Assembly: GCA_965287045.1 (NCBI GenBank)
Contig: OZ336904.1
Span: 12,648,001 to 12,712,000 of the forward strand
DNA length: 64,000 nucleotides
Source: Carcharhinus amblyrhynchos
Taxonomy: Eukaryota
Direction of reading: 5' to 3'
Both the position numbers and the translations under genes were made by a program. Under the pieces are notes generated by a model that ran no database searches, had not been told where the DNA came from, and worked only from the letters and a program-made list of their open reading frames with translations. This document shows, piece after piece, positions 1 through 11,345 of the stretch (its first letter is position 1; each line of letters starts with the position of its first letter).

Positions 1-497
1 TTTTCACCAGAGTATCTCCAAGCACAAATGTGTCACTGTCACTGGAATTTTTAAAAATAGCATCATCGGTGCATTAACTCGATGATTCTTTTGTTTTCCA
101 ACATGCATATACAGGGCATGTGAACCTTTCAACAGGACGAACAAACTATACCCTTAGACAGAGGCTGGGCCAAACGCAACATGCCCAGTTTTGAAAAAGG
201 CACCTAACTTGATTCTGACCAGCAGAGCTGTCATGGTTTACTTAATCATAAGAAAGTGTTCTCACATTCTAAATTTGTTTCATGCTATTTACTTCCAATA
301 AGAGGACGTTTGCACCTTTAAGCCTCTGCAGTAATGCATTTGCAATCATCTCTCATTGGTAGTTAAATCCATATATTGTGAAATGGCAACTAAGATTTTG
401 CATATTTTGTCATTTGGTAAACAGTGGATCTTTTTGGTAACATGCAGTGAAATGCTGCAGAACATGCGGCAAATCTTCCAAGGTGAGCTCGCCGTCA

Positions 498-567
498 TAG
501 GGGATTTTCACAGTAACTTCGTTGCAGTGTTAATGTAAGCCTACTTGTGACACTAATAAATGAACTT
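498..567 (+). mobile_element. 3' tail of shark V-SINE variant (5'-truncated)
   Basis: gggattttcacagtaacttcgttgcagtgttaatgtaagcctacttgtgacactaataaa recurs at ~56452 (+), ~56866 (-) and ~58056 (+). At the last two sites it is joined to a V-SINE body. Confidence 0.8.
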
Positions 568-1889
568 CAAAACAGATTTGGCCATTGCCACCCACAGTTT
601 CTAAACTTCATTAATTCACCAACATTTATGATAGTCTGCCCCATGACGTGTTATATCGAGTGGATAACTGATATTTGCATTCAATTAGTGACTTAGACAA
701 TCAGGATATGAACTCATTTTTGCCCTTGGCTGGAACAATGGGCACGTGGCAAGGATTAGTTCCATAACACTAAATCCGTCATAACCAAATTCTGCTACTG
801 TTAAGAATACTGAAATGTAACTTGTAAATATTCCGTAATCTCGGCCTTGTAATTTGAAGAGATAAAAGGGAAATGCTAAACAATGATCATCCATCTGCCC
901 CTCCAGCAGCAAACGTGGGAAGGCCTGCCATCATCAGTGGATAAGATCTACCTTGTGGGCTATTCATGGTAATCTATTTTGCTGCAGTCAACAATTCTTG
1001 CAATATATGGTGTTACATGAAGGCCAAATAATGCAAAGCACTTAAACGAAATCTGCACTTTCATAACCTGCAATACATTCAATTGAATTTTAACAGGGAA
1101 AAAATTCACATGCCACCATGCTGACATTCAAGTCATCTTACTTAAAGCAAGTCCAGGCACGGTTTTCTTGCTTTGGTGTTAGATTACGAAAGATCCGCCA
1201 CCGAGGGTTCTTCATTAAAAAGCTGATTAAATTCTCAAACAAAAAGGAAAGATAATGCAAACATCTTAAAATCACTGCAGTTTCAAAAAGCTAGCTCACA
1301 CAAAGCTGTTTAACTGCGAGGCGGTAAGCTCAATTAAAGCAAAACAAAAAAAAACAGAATAAAAACACCCGCTTGCTGAGATGGGGCAACTGCAAACAAA
1401 CCCAGCGGACAATGGGGTTACAGGTAACCATGCTGCTAATCTGCCACTTCCCGCACCTGCCCCCCTCCCCCAACATTAATGAAAAACATGGCCAAAATTT
1501 GATCCCAATTAAATTGGTTTCATCTATCCCATGATGCATCAACATATCTTCCACATTTGTAATCCTTGCTTCCTGTATATGATAAAATTACTTTGAAATG
1601 GTGGGGGGGGGGGAAAGAAACGGGTCAGAGAAATATCTTCAGTTTGAAATAACAAAGTTGTCATATTTGCTCATTATTTCACTGGTTCGATGCAACTAGA
1701 CCCACAGAGCTTTAACCCTGAAGTGTGGAAAATGCTGTTATGTCAAAAAAATTTCTCCCAATTGCGTACACATTCTGTTGATGAATGCAGTTTGCGGAAT
1801 ATATGATGCGCCATAAAATAAACTTAAAATAAAATTTCTGAATTGTGGATAAACAAATGCAAAAATATTTGGACATACCCATGAGGGAG

Positions 1890-2160
1890 CCCCCTGCAGC
1901 CATTTTGTAACTCAGTCAGTCTCAGCAACGGCAGCAAAAAAAAAGAGACCTCACCTTCTTTGAAGTCACAGCACTGGGTGGGGGGGAGGGGAGGGGGAAA
2001 ATGAATACCTGCTGTCTGATAGGTCTGCATAATCAAGGTTGCAACAGCCAATAAAGGAACTGCTCAGTGCTGAGCAATCAGCAGTGAGCCCTGCGAAGTT
2101 TGCCTGGCAACAAGACCGAGGGGTAAAAGGAGGTTGATTATATGGTAATGAAAGGAGGGT
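1890..2160 (-). promoter_or_regulatory. Candidate alternative promoter or non-coding exon of a minus-strand host gene
   Basis: Minus strand has a pyrimidine tract plus CAG acceptor before 2103, donors CAG|GTATTC after 2009 and GAAG|GTGAGG near 1954, a CCAAT box near 2047 and YY1 consensus CAAAATGGCTGC at 1896-1907. A G-run tract lies at 1976-1997. Confidence 0.35.
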
Positions 2161-4134
2161 GTGAAATAGAGAAATATTGTGAGAAACTGGAGATAATCAG
2201 AACTAGTTACAAAAATTGATTTGCTTTAATAATATAAACAATTGCAAAATTTAAAAAAAAATACCCTTTCCCAATCTGGTTTACTCGAACACACTGTCTA
2301 CTGCAGTAGGAAAAGCTTCGCTAATCGATTAACATGATTAGAAGAAGCTGCACATCTTTGCACAGGGATAACATGCTGCATATAGGATATCACTCTGGAT
2401 GCAACAGCTCTTTCAGCACCTCAGAATTTCCCCACGAAACAGCTTTAAACATGCCAAGAGGCTACACCATATTTGCCTAAACAGCAGCTCATGCTACATC
2501 TGTGCCTCAATTCCCTCGTGACATTAGTTGAGTGACCTGCAATTCAAAATAATGATCTCAAATACCCTCACAGCCTGGTTTCCCTTGTAGGCTCCTCCTC
2601 TCATCCACAACAAATACAAACAAGTTACATGGGTGTACTTGGAGCATGGGTGCGGAAGGAGGAAGAGAAAGATAGACATGAAAATATCTAGGACAGAATC
2701 ACTTACATGATCCATTTTCATATATCTGACAATACTATAACCACCCATAACCCACAAGTTCACCTATAAAACACTATTAGTTACAGCCACTAACATTTGA
2801 GATGCTCCCAATCACAACGAACATCCATGGCTGTTCTAGAAAGCACTCAGTCACTTTATTTTTTATTTGTGGTGCTTCAAAGTCACTCACTATGCAACTG
2901 GCAAAACTATTCTGTGAATAATCTTGTACACACAAAGAAGAAACTTGAGCTCCTCTCTGCAACAGACTTTTCTAGTGAATTTGGTCAATTAAGTTGCCAC
3001 ACCATCTGTTGACATTGAAAAATGTGCTGTAATAACTGTTTGTCGGGGGGAGGTTAAATGCTGATCAGTTTGGTTGGTGACCTCCTAACCCTCAAGACAA
3101 CATATTGGAAACCTATGTAATTATCAGATAGTCATATGCATTACAGCAACCATTGCTAACTTTAATTTTCATTACTAGCCACAGTAACATTCCAGTAAAA
3201 ACTGAAAGGTAGCTACAAATGTGCATATGTGATATCTAATTATATTCATAATTGATTTAGTGTCCAGAACTGACAAATACAACCACCGGTGGACCTGAAT
3301 CCATTTCACAGTCCTTTATAGTTCTCCTTCATTCAGCTGGTTTAGGGTGCTACATCAGATCGAGCAGTCTGAATTTCAACAGCAACCCTTTCAGTAGTTG
3401 CAGTGTACAGTGCACATATCAGCTGCTAGGCTATAAACACCAGCTACAGCGCTGCTTCCTGTTTTTACTGTACATAACAAGAGGAATGAAACAAACGGCC
3501 ACTGGCAAGCATTTGTTTGCCCTGAAATTAACAAATGACATGAGGAAAAGCTTTAAATGGGCCTGGTGACGACATCCCTCACCAAATACTCCAAATCTGT
3601 AATTGGAATTTGTTGAGATAAATCAGAAGTCAGCACAATAAGTATACCCAAAAACAATTCACTCATTTCATAAGTTTCCCTTATGCAATGAGGTGCAAGA
3701 TTACAAAGTGCAATTTATAAGCTTCTTTTGAGCTATAATTTACCCTCATGATTTTATGATTTACCCTATGATTTTATGATATACTCAACCACAAGTACAA
3801 GCAGCCCAATGCAACCAAGGCTCAAGTGGTTTTGAAAGAAATGCTTCCTTAATAAAATTATGTTTACACTTGATCAGGTAAAGAGAACAAAAATAGCACC
3901 AGGTATCCAACTTGTTTTTGAGATTTTTCCTGAAACATTGGGATAATGTTAACCCACTTTTACATTTTTTTTAAGGTAAGTCAACGTGGTTGTAACCACT
4001 AGTTTATCTACTCATGCACAATAATTAGCTTTTAAAAAGCTTTAATTATTGCCTCAAGCAGCAAGTCACTGCAACAGGTACCACAAAGATGCAGATTCCT
4101 ATCAGGATTACATTAGAACTGGAAATACACAGTA

Positions 4135-4375
4135 ACTTGACAGGACTTTAAAATTATGAAGGGATGGCGTAGGGTACATGGAGAGGAGATTTAGGACCAA
4201 AAGTAGGGGAAACATTTAAAAAACAAGGGAGAGTGGAATTTGAGATTAAGTTAAGACAGTGTCAACATTTTAAGAATGGGTTAGATAAGTGATTGAAGGA
4301 AAGGGGAATGAAAGGTTTGTAGAATCAGGGCATACATGCAGGACTAGGATGAACAGTAGGTATGTCAAGGTAGCA
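4135..4375 (+). mobile_element. Old degenerate CR1 LINE 3' fragment
   Basis: Decayed similarity to the CR1 C-terminal coding end (aaaattatgaagggatgg...ttttaagaatgggttagataag) seen intact in other copies in the window. Confidence 0.5.
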
Positions 4376-4897
4376 AATTCTTTACTATTTTGGTAGGTCC
4401 AAGATGATTGGGGAAATTTTGCGACTGCGTCACCCCGGCGCCTTCCTCTGGGAATGGTGGAAGTTGCAACTCTGACGCAGTTGATCCTTGCATTCTGAGC
4501 CAAATTTCAGTGAATACCTCCACGTGGGGTGGTTGGGTGTTTCACAAGAGAGGATTTTCATTGCTATTTAATTCTATGCAATCATTAGTGAACAAAAAAA
4601 GAACCCTACAAATTGCTAGTTTTGCTGCTACCAATTCAAATGCAATCAACATGAGCTGCCAGCTCTGTGGGTGTCTATGCAGATATCTCCCAGATTCTTC
4701 AGTCATGAAGACCTACAGCAGACACTTAAAGCTTGGCATAATTGAACAACAAGGAATCTGGACACAAATATGCTCTATCATAATTCCATGTTCATGTACA
4801 TCTTTCATTCCCCTTTCTTTCAATTACCGAACTAACCTATTCTCAAAATCTTCAATCTGCTTCAATCTCAAATTTCAGTCTCAATTGTTATTTAAAA

Positions 4898-5563
4898 ATA
4901 AGAACATAAGAACATAAGAAATAGGAGCAGGAGTAGGCCATCTGGCCCTTCGAGCCTGCCCCGCCATTCAATAAGATCATGGCTGATCTGTCGTGGCTCA
5001 GTTCCACTTTCCCGCCCTCTCCCCATAACCCTTAATCCCCTCTCTTATCAAAAACCCATCAACCCGCTTCTTAAAAATATTTAGCGAGACAGCCTCCACC
5101 ACTTCAACGGGCAGAGAATTCCAGAGATTCACCACCCTTTGAGTGAAGAAGTTCCTCCTCAACTCCGTTCTGAACTGCCCCCCCTTTATCTTGAGGCTGT
5201 GCCCCCTAGTCCTACTGTCTTTTTTGAGCGGGAAGAGTCTTTCCACCTCTATCCTATCCATCCCATTCATCATCTTATACGTCTCAATGAGATCTCCCCT
5301 CATTCTTCTAAACTCTAACGAGTACAAGCCTAGTTTATTCAGCCTCTCCTCATAGCTCAACCCCCTCAACTCCGGTATCAGCCTAGTAAACCTCCTCTGC
5401 ACTCCCTCCAAGGCCAAAATATCCTTGCGCAGGTGCGGCGCCCAAAACTGCACACAGTACTCCAGCTGCAGCCTCACCAATGCCCTATACAGCTGCAGCA
5501 AGACCTCCCTACTTTTATATTCAATCCCCCTCGCTATGAAGGCCAGCATCCCATTCGCCTTCC
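4898..5563 (-). mobile_element. Young 5'-truncated CR1 LINE (ORF2 C-terminus plus 3' tail)
   Basis: ORF 4998-5549 reads LYRALVRLQLEYCVQFWAPH...RRMRGDLIETYK...RTRGHSLK...FFTQRVVNLWNSLP, typical of the CR1 ORF2 C-terminus. It ends in a (taagaaca)n microsatellite tail. Confidence 0.95.
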
Positions 5564-5799
5564 AATGTTTCTCCTACTTTCAAGCCTAAATGCCTTGCAT
5601 TTATATGTTCGACTTCACAACAATTTAGCACTCTGAAATTTCACAGGGCCCACGATTCTGGAACAAAGTAGTTGTTTATCCAAAGAGGGAGAATACTTGA
5701 TAATAAAATGAGTTGTTGCTGGAAGAAAGAGGGACCACAACTAAGATCAAGAACTTAATAGAGCTAGATGAGCTGAAGGTATCTTTCTGCATCCCTGGG

Positions 5800-6950
5800 T
5801 TACAGCAGATGCAAGCGGGCTACTACATCTGGTTCACTCAGTATATGATAGGAAGTTCACCATGGGGAATGAGAAGAAGGCGACTCCTATTCCACCTAAT
5901 TGTGCCTTCAAGGATATGTATCAAGCAAGACAATCATTGATCTTCATCCCTCTGGACAATGATGCCTTCTCTATCAAAGTCCTTGATCCAAACCTTGTCA
6001 CTTCTGTTTAAGTTGGGCAGATTGCGAGCACAGTACATCCTACTGCAAGTGGAAACACGTCACTTTAAGACTGTTCTTGGTCCTGAACTCTGATGATCCC
6101 CAACTACCAACCTTGGGATGAACTTATTCAGCAGCATGAGAAGATGAGGATCAAATTTTCTGCCCATTAGCAGCCTGATGGGGCTAATCCACATTATAGC
6201 AGGGTGGATCTAGATGTCAAAAGCACAATTGTCATTTTTCCAAGAAGGTTTTAATCATGCAGATATTACTTTCTGCCTCATTGTTAGAGCGTGGATATCG
6301 TGGAGAGCAGATGAAGTGTTGAAATCCATAATTGCTGAAAAAAGTGAGGTATGTATTAGAAAATTGCAGCCCATTGTTGGACATCAGTTGGTCCAAGATG
6401 CCATGGCTCTCAAACATTTCTCTCAATGACCTTGTGACTGACTGTGGTCATTGTGTAAATGACTCACTTCAATCCATCGAGAGAAATAGTCAACAATGAC
6501 GAGGGAAGATCTGCCGTTGTATGTGAATAGATTCATTCTCAAATGTTCCCATGGTCTGGCAGGGAGCAGTGTGGGGATAAGGGACTCCCCTTCTAGATTG
6601 GTTTGTGCAGCACACACACACACACAGCAGTTTAAAATCATCTCTTCAATTGCTCTCAATACTTTTGCACACCACACTGCAGACCGGGCTCATGCTCTGC
6701 ATCTGTGATGCCCAAGAGGCATTGGTGGAATCATTGTAGAACCTCAGGCCAGAATGAGAAAAGAATGACCAAGCACTCCTCATACTACAGCAGATCCATC
6801 AAAAATAACGAAGTGTTTCTGGAAGTAAATTTTCATAATATTGCCACCTGGATGCTGCAACCAACATCAGGCAGGCATAGGAGGCACGTATACTCTTCAT
6901 CTCACATCTGCTCCCGGTTTACCTGATGAAGCTTGCTGGTAGTTGTATTG
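5800..6950 (-). mobile_element. Degenerate Ty3/Gypsy LTR-retrotransposon pol (integrase) remnant
   Basis: ORFs 6423-6677 and 6232-6426 give PWEHLRMNLFTYNGRSSLVIVDYFSRWIEV and GILDQLMSNNGLQFSN...SPRYPRSNNEAE, a frameshifted rve integrase core. Confidence 0.85.
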
Positions 6951-6968
6951 TCAAAATCTGCTGTCTGC

Positions 6969-7119
6969 GTGCTGCACAAACCAACCAATCTAGAAGGGAA
7001 TTCCCTTATCTGCATGCTGCTTCCTACCAGACATGGGAACATTTGGGAATGAACCTATCCATATACAATGGCAGGTCTTCTCGTCATTTTTGACTATTTC
7101 TCAAAATGGATTGAAGTGA
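6969..7119 (+). mobile_element. Second, inverted copy of the Gypsy integrase segment
   Basis: Reverse-complement similarity to 6464-6613 (gtgctgcacaaacc...catgggaacatttg...gactatttctc...ggattgaagtga). Confidence 0.85.
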
Positions 7120-7394
7120 ACTTGAGCTTGTCGACCAGACTGACAGTGTTGCAGGATGGTTGACTGCGGCCCTGGCCAGTGCCTCCAGAGTCTTCTGATG
7201 CTGTCGCTGGAAGCACACAAATCCAGTATGCCAAGTGCGTGAAACGCAAGCAGAATCTCAATGCTGGAGGTATCCCGATGGGTTTGTTTGTCCTAAAAGT
7301 GAGACCAATGGTTTGTGATCTGTCTTGTTGATTACCTTTATTCCAACAATGTAGTCACAGAACTTCTCACAAACCCATGATAGATTAAGGATGA

Positions 7395-7515
7395 GAAAAA
7401 TGGGGAAATAGCACAGAAAAGGAGTCGAGGCTGGCATAAATCAGCCATGATCCTATTGCATGCCAGGGCAGGCTTAAAGGGCCTGATGGCCCCCTCCTGC
7501 TTCTATTTCTTGTAT
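7395..7515 (+). mobile_element. CR1 3' UTR fragment
   Basis: atcagccatgatcctattg...gggcaggcttaaagggcc...ctcctgcttctatttc resembles the CR1 tails at 24060-24130 and 52470-52545. Confidence 0.7.
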
Positions 7516-8519
7516 TGTGATATTTCTTGGCATCTTATGGTGCAGGGTGTCTACTGACAGAGGCTAGTATTCACAAAGATTTTCTCATTCCCTTCAGCCA
7601 CAACACAAACACAATCTAACCAATCCAACCTTTCTACTACATCACCCCTTACTGACTTTGCTTGCCTTTTGCTCATTTAGGTGCAGCATTGATAGATGTT
7701 ACTCAACAGCTAACATTTGTTCTTGGAAGATGGCCAGAGCCTCCATCTATTCAATATTCAAGAATTCCTTGTACCAGTTGAGGCTTTGATAAGGAGACCA
7801 AGCTGATACTGGAATCCCAGGCATTTTTGCTGCAAAACAAATTAAGTACTTAGTCCAGCAATTTATATGTTGGTAAATTTTGAGGAACACCTCAAATAGT
7901 GCTACATGTCTTAAATATTCCAGAGGTGACAAATCTACAGAACTTTGATCAGCATCACATTGTTCTACAAGGTGTAGTGCTCTGTAAGGTCTGATGTATA
8001 ATATTGTTGAGCGTCACCCTATACTTTAAGATCACATTCCAGCATTTTAAAACATTCATAACAAGATCCAGCAGGATAGCTTGGAATAGAATGTGCATTT
8101 CTTGAAACTGGTGCTAGAGTTCAGTCAACATCAGATCATTGGACAAGATCTCAAAGTAGTACAAGTCTATCTGGTTGCTGTCTTCAACAGTCATTACAAA
8201 AGTAAAATAATAGGTCTCAATTGAAACTGCCAATTCAAATCTTCAAACCTGGTGAATTGTTTTTTTAAAAATACAAAGATAATTATTGATGTCATAATAT
8301 AAATGAAAAAAATATGGCACAAAATGGAGGGAGAGTTAAAAAAAATCAAACAACACTATAATAATATTAACTGGCTGGTGAGTTTGGGTAAACATTAACA
8401 TGAGGAACAATTTAAAGGCAGTGAATGGTTAATCTTAGGTTTTGAGCATATTTGCTGATCCAGCTTTTGGGACACTTGTTCGAAAAATTTTAATTTCAGA
8501 TTTTTATATAATTCAAGTA

Positions 8520-8672
8520 AAGTTGATTGGCCATACTAAGTTGACCTGTTTCTGGGGGACTAGCAGGGTATATATGAGGGGTTATGGGAATAGGGTCTGG
8601 GTGGGATTGTGGTCGTGCAGACTCAATGGGCCAAATGGCCTTCTTCTGCACTGTAGGAATTCTACAATTCTA
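8520..8672 (+). mobile_element. HE1-type V-SINE, 3' half
   Basis: gttgattggccatactaagttg...gcagactcaatgggccaaatggccttcttctgcactgtagg matches the 3' half of the copy at 18871-19186. Confidence 0.85.
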
Positions 8673-8677
8673 AGTCT

Positions 8678-8922
8678 AATGATGACCACAAAATATTGTC
8701 AACTGTTGTCAAAAAACATTGGTTCACTACTATCCTTGAGGGAAGGAAATCTGCCATCCTTATCTGGTCTGGCTTACATACAACTCCAGATCCACAGCAA
8801 TGTGTTGACTCTTAAATGCCCTCTGAAATGACCCAGCAAGCCACTCAGAATAAAGGACTACTAGGTATGGACAATGAATGCTGGTGCATCTAGCTAGTCA
8901 CATCCTGTGCGTGAATAAAAAT
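8678..8922 (+). mobile_element. Shark SINE fragment (different family, LINE-type 3' tail)
   Basis: ggttcacta...gggaaggaaatctgccatcctta...cagcaagccactcag...cacatcc...gaataaaaa. A related tail lies at ~27738-27810. Recognised from recalled chondrichthyan repeat consensus. Confidence 0.6.
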
Positions 8923-9341
8923 GTTACCTGACCCTAGCTGGACATTGGTAGGAGATACAATGAGTACTGATGTCAAATTTTGATTGATAACCCTCCTGAG
9001 CAATGACTTGGGACATTTTATTACATTCAAGATGCTAATTAAGGCAAGGTGCTGCTGTTTTGATTCTTATCTTTAAGAGTGCTGACCAACCTTTGAGGGG
9101 AAAGTTACCCAATTAAACACAGGATTAGGTGGGGAAAAGTATTTATCTAATGCTTCTTACAGGTACCAGGCATCTCAAAAGCACTACACAGCAATGAAAT
9201 ACTATCTAAAGCATGGTTGTTGCCAGAAGAATGTAGGAAATATGGAAACCAGTTTGCTAATTGAGGGGCTTGCTGTGCCCAAAGTGTTAATAATCAGTGC
9301 CTGCATTGCTGAAAATGGTCTCTCCTGCCTGGTCCTGTTAT

Positions 9342-9440
9342 CACAGTAAAAAGTCTGACAACACCAGGTTTAAGTCCAACCGATTTATTTGATAGTAAAC
9401 TCACAAGCTTTCAGGGTTTGTCCCTTCGTCAGGTGAATGG
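9342..9440. mobile_element. Penelope-like element terminal fragment
   Basis: cacagtaaaaagtctgacaacaccaggtttaagtccaac...tttattt...cccttcgtcaggtga resembles a recalled shark Penelope-type terminal repeat. Confidence 0.5.
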
Positions 9441-9759
9441 TCCTGTTATCTCAGCTCTCAAATGACAACATGATAGGGGGAGGACAAATAAAATGGTTCA
9501 AACACACCTATGTGTGCCACTGCTAACGGCTAGAAGGGGCATGATACAAATTGCTCAGAAAGGTAACTGGTCCATTAAAGGCAATTAGAACTCTAAGCCA
9601 TAATGCAGTTTAATGTGAAGGCAGAGAAAACAGGAGAAGGAAAAAGAAGCAAATTCTACACGCTGCTTTGTGGAATGCATGAACTTGTGTTGCAGAAACT
9701 CACTTGAATAGACATCCTCTGCAAATTGAGACAAAATATTCTGCAATGAATAACCAGAT

Positions 9760-9985
9760 AATTTCTTTTTTTGATGTTGACTCATGGGTAAATATTGGCA
9801 ATGATATCAGTGACAATTTCCTGGATCATCAATGTAGTGCAACAGTATCCTTTACATTGACCTAAACAATTTGGGCCTCAATTTAGGGTAAGATGGTACT
9901 TTCAACAATGTTACATTGTCAATACTTCAATGGCAAGTATCAGTTTTAATTTTTATACAGAGCCCTGGAGTTGGACTTGAACCTA
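9760..9985 (-). mobile_element. SacSINE1/DeuSINE-type SINE (degenerate)
   Basis: Reverse-complement similarity to the Deu-domain copy at 28650-29000 (aaatattggc...ttttacat...gggcctcaattta...agatggtact). Confidence 0.55.
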
Positions 9986-9999
9986 CTATCAAAAAGAGC

Positions 10000-11345
10000 C
10001 ATGGGAATTGTTGCAGTGCATCTTGTAAATGATACAGACTGCTGACACTGTGTGCTAACGGTGGGGGAGTGAATATACAAGGTGATGCATGAGATGCCAA
10101 ACACAGTCTATTTTGCCCTGGATGGTGTTAAGCTTCTTGTGTTGCTGGAGCTCTATTCAACCAGACAAGGAGAGTATTCCATTGTACTCCTGACTTGTGC
10201 CTTGTAGGACATTAGACATGCTTTGGGAAGACAGGACGTGAATTACCAGCTTCTGAATTGCTCTTGTAGTCAGTTTTTAAAACTTGGCTGGCTGAGCCAA
10301 ATTTTTGGTCAATAATCTCAGATAGTGGTGATGGCAGTTTAGTGATGGCAATGGCAAGGGAAGATGGTTAGGTTTTCCCACATTGCAGGTGGCATTGTCC
10401 AGCACTTGTGGCACAAATGTTATCTGCCAATTACCAGCCCAAGTCTGAATGTTGCACCTGCTACATGTGGGTATGTACTGCTTCAGACCAGAGTTGCAAA
10501 TGGTGCTGAACACTGCAAACATGCCCAATTCTGACCTCAGGAGGGAAGATCACTGGTAAAGGAGCTGAAGATGGTCGTCTCTGGAACACTATACCGAGGA
10601 GCTCCTGAAGTGATATCCTGCGATTGAGATGATAGACCGCCAACAACTATAACCATCTTCCTTTGCACTAGGTATGACTCCAACCAGGGGAGATATTTCC
10701 TCGGTTCCCATTGGATTTAAACTCCATCAAGGCTCCTTGATGTCACACTTGGCCAAATGCTGCCTTGATGTCAAGGACAGTCAGTAAGTCTCACCATGCC
10801 ACAAGATCAGTTCTTTTTGTCCATGTTTGGGCCAAGGCTGCAATGGAGGTGAGGAGTTGAGTGGCATTGGCAGAGCCTAATTAGCAGGTTATTGCTATTT
10901 GCTATTTCATATTGCTTTGCTGATGTTTTCAGTGGCTATCCAGTATCTTCTGCCATTTCTCGACATCACACAGAACAAGTCAAATTGGCTGAAGACTAGC
11001 ATCTGGCAAGCTGTGGACCTCAAGAGAAGGCGACGTCATATCATCCATGCGGCACTTCTATTTAAAATGTTTGCAAGTGCTTATCTTTTGCACTGGCATA
11101 GTGAACCCAACAACCAATGATAATTGCACATTTATGTATGATCTCCCTTGAGTTCACTGTTGGGATGTGGCAGCACTGCAGAGCTTAGGTCTGATCTGTT
11201 AGATTTGCTTAACCTTTTTACATGCTGCTTTCACTGTCTAGCATGTGTGTAGTCTTATGTTGTGGCTTTGACATTACTAGGTATGCCTGGTGCAGCTCCT
11301 GCACAATTTATTTAAACCAAAGTTATTCCCTGGCTTGATGGTATT
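10000..11345 (-). mobile_element. Degenerate CR1/L2-group LINE reverse transcriptase remnant
   Basis: Minus strand ccttgacatcaaggcagcatttggccaagtgtgacat near 10740-10775 encodes an LDIKAAF-type RT motif. IQTWAGNWQITFVPQ occurs in ORF 10277-10528. A paralogous copy lies at 58160-59570. Confidence 0.75.

Noticed and set aside
3740-3781. ~20-bp tandem duplication (ttaccct(c)atgattttatgat x2)
   Set aside because: Ordinary slippage duplication with no further structure.
4408-4917. 169-aa ORF as a host gene
   Set aside because: TTG start, no recognisable domain or splice context, and it ends in a CR1 microsatellite tail. Probably a chance ORF.
5143-5636. Antisense ORFs over CR1 copies (also 23660-24006, 52132-52314, 52790-53087)
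   Set aside because: Shadow frames of the CR1 ORF2 sequence.
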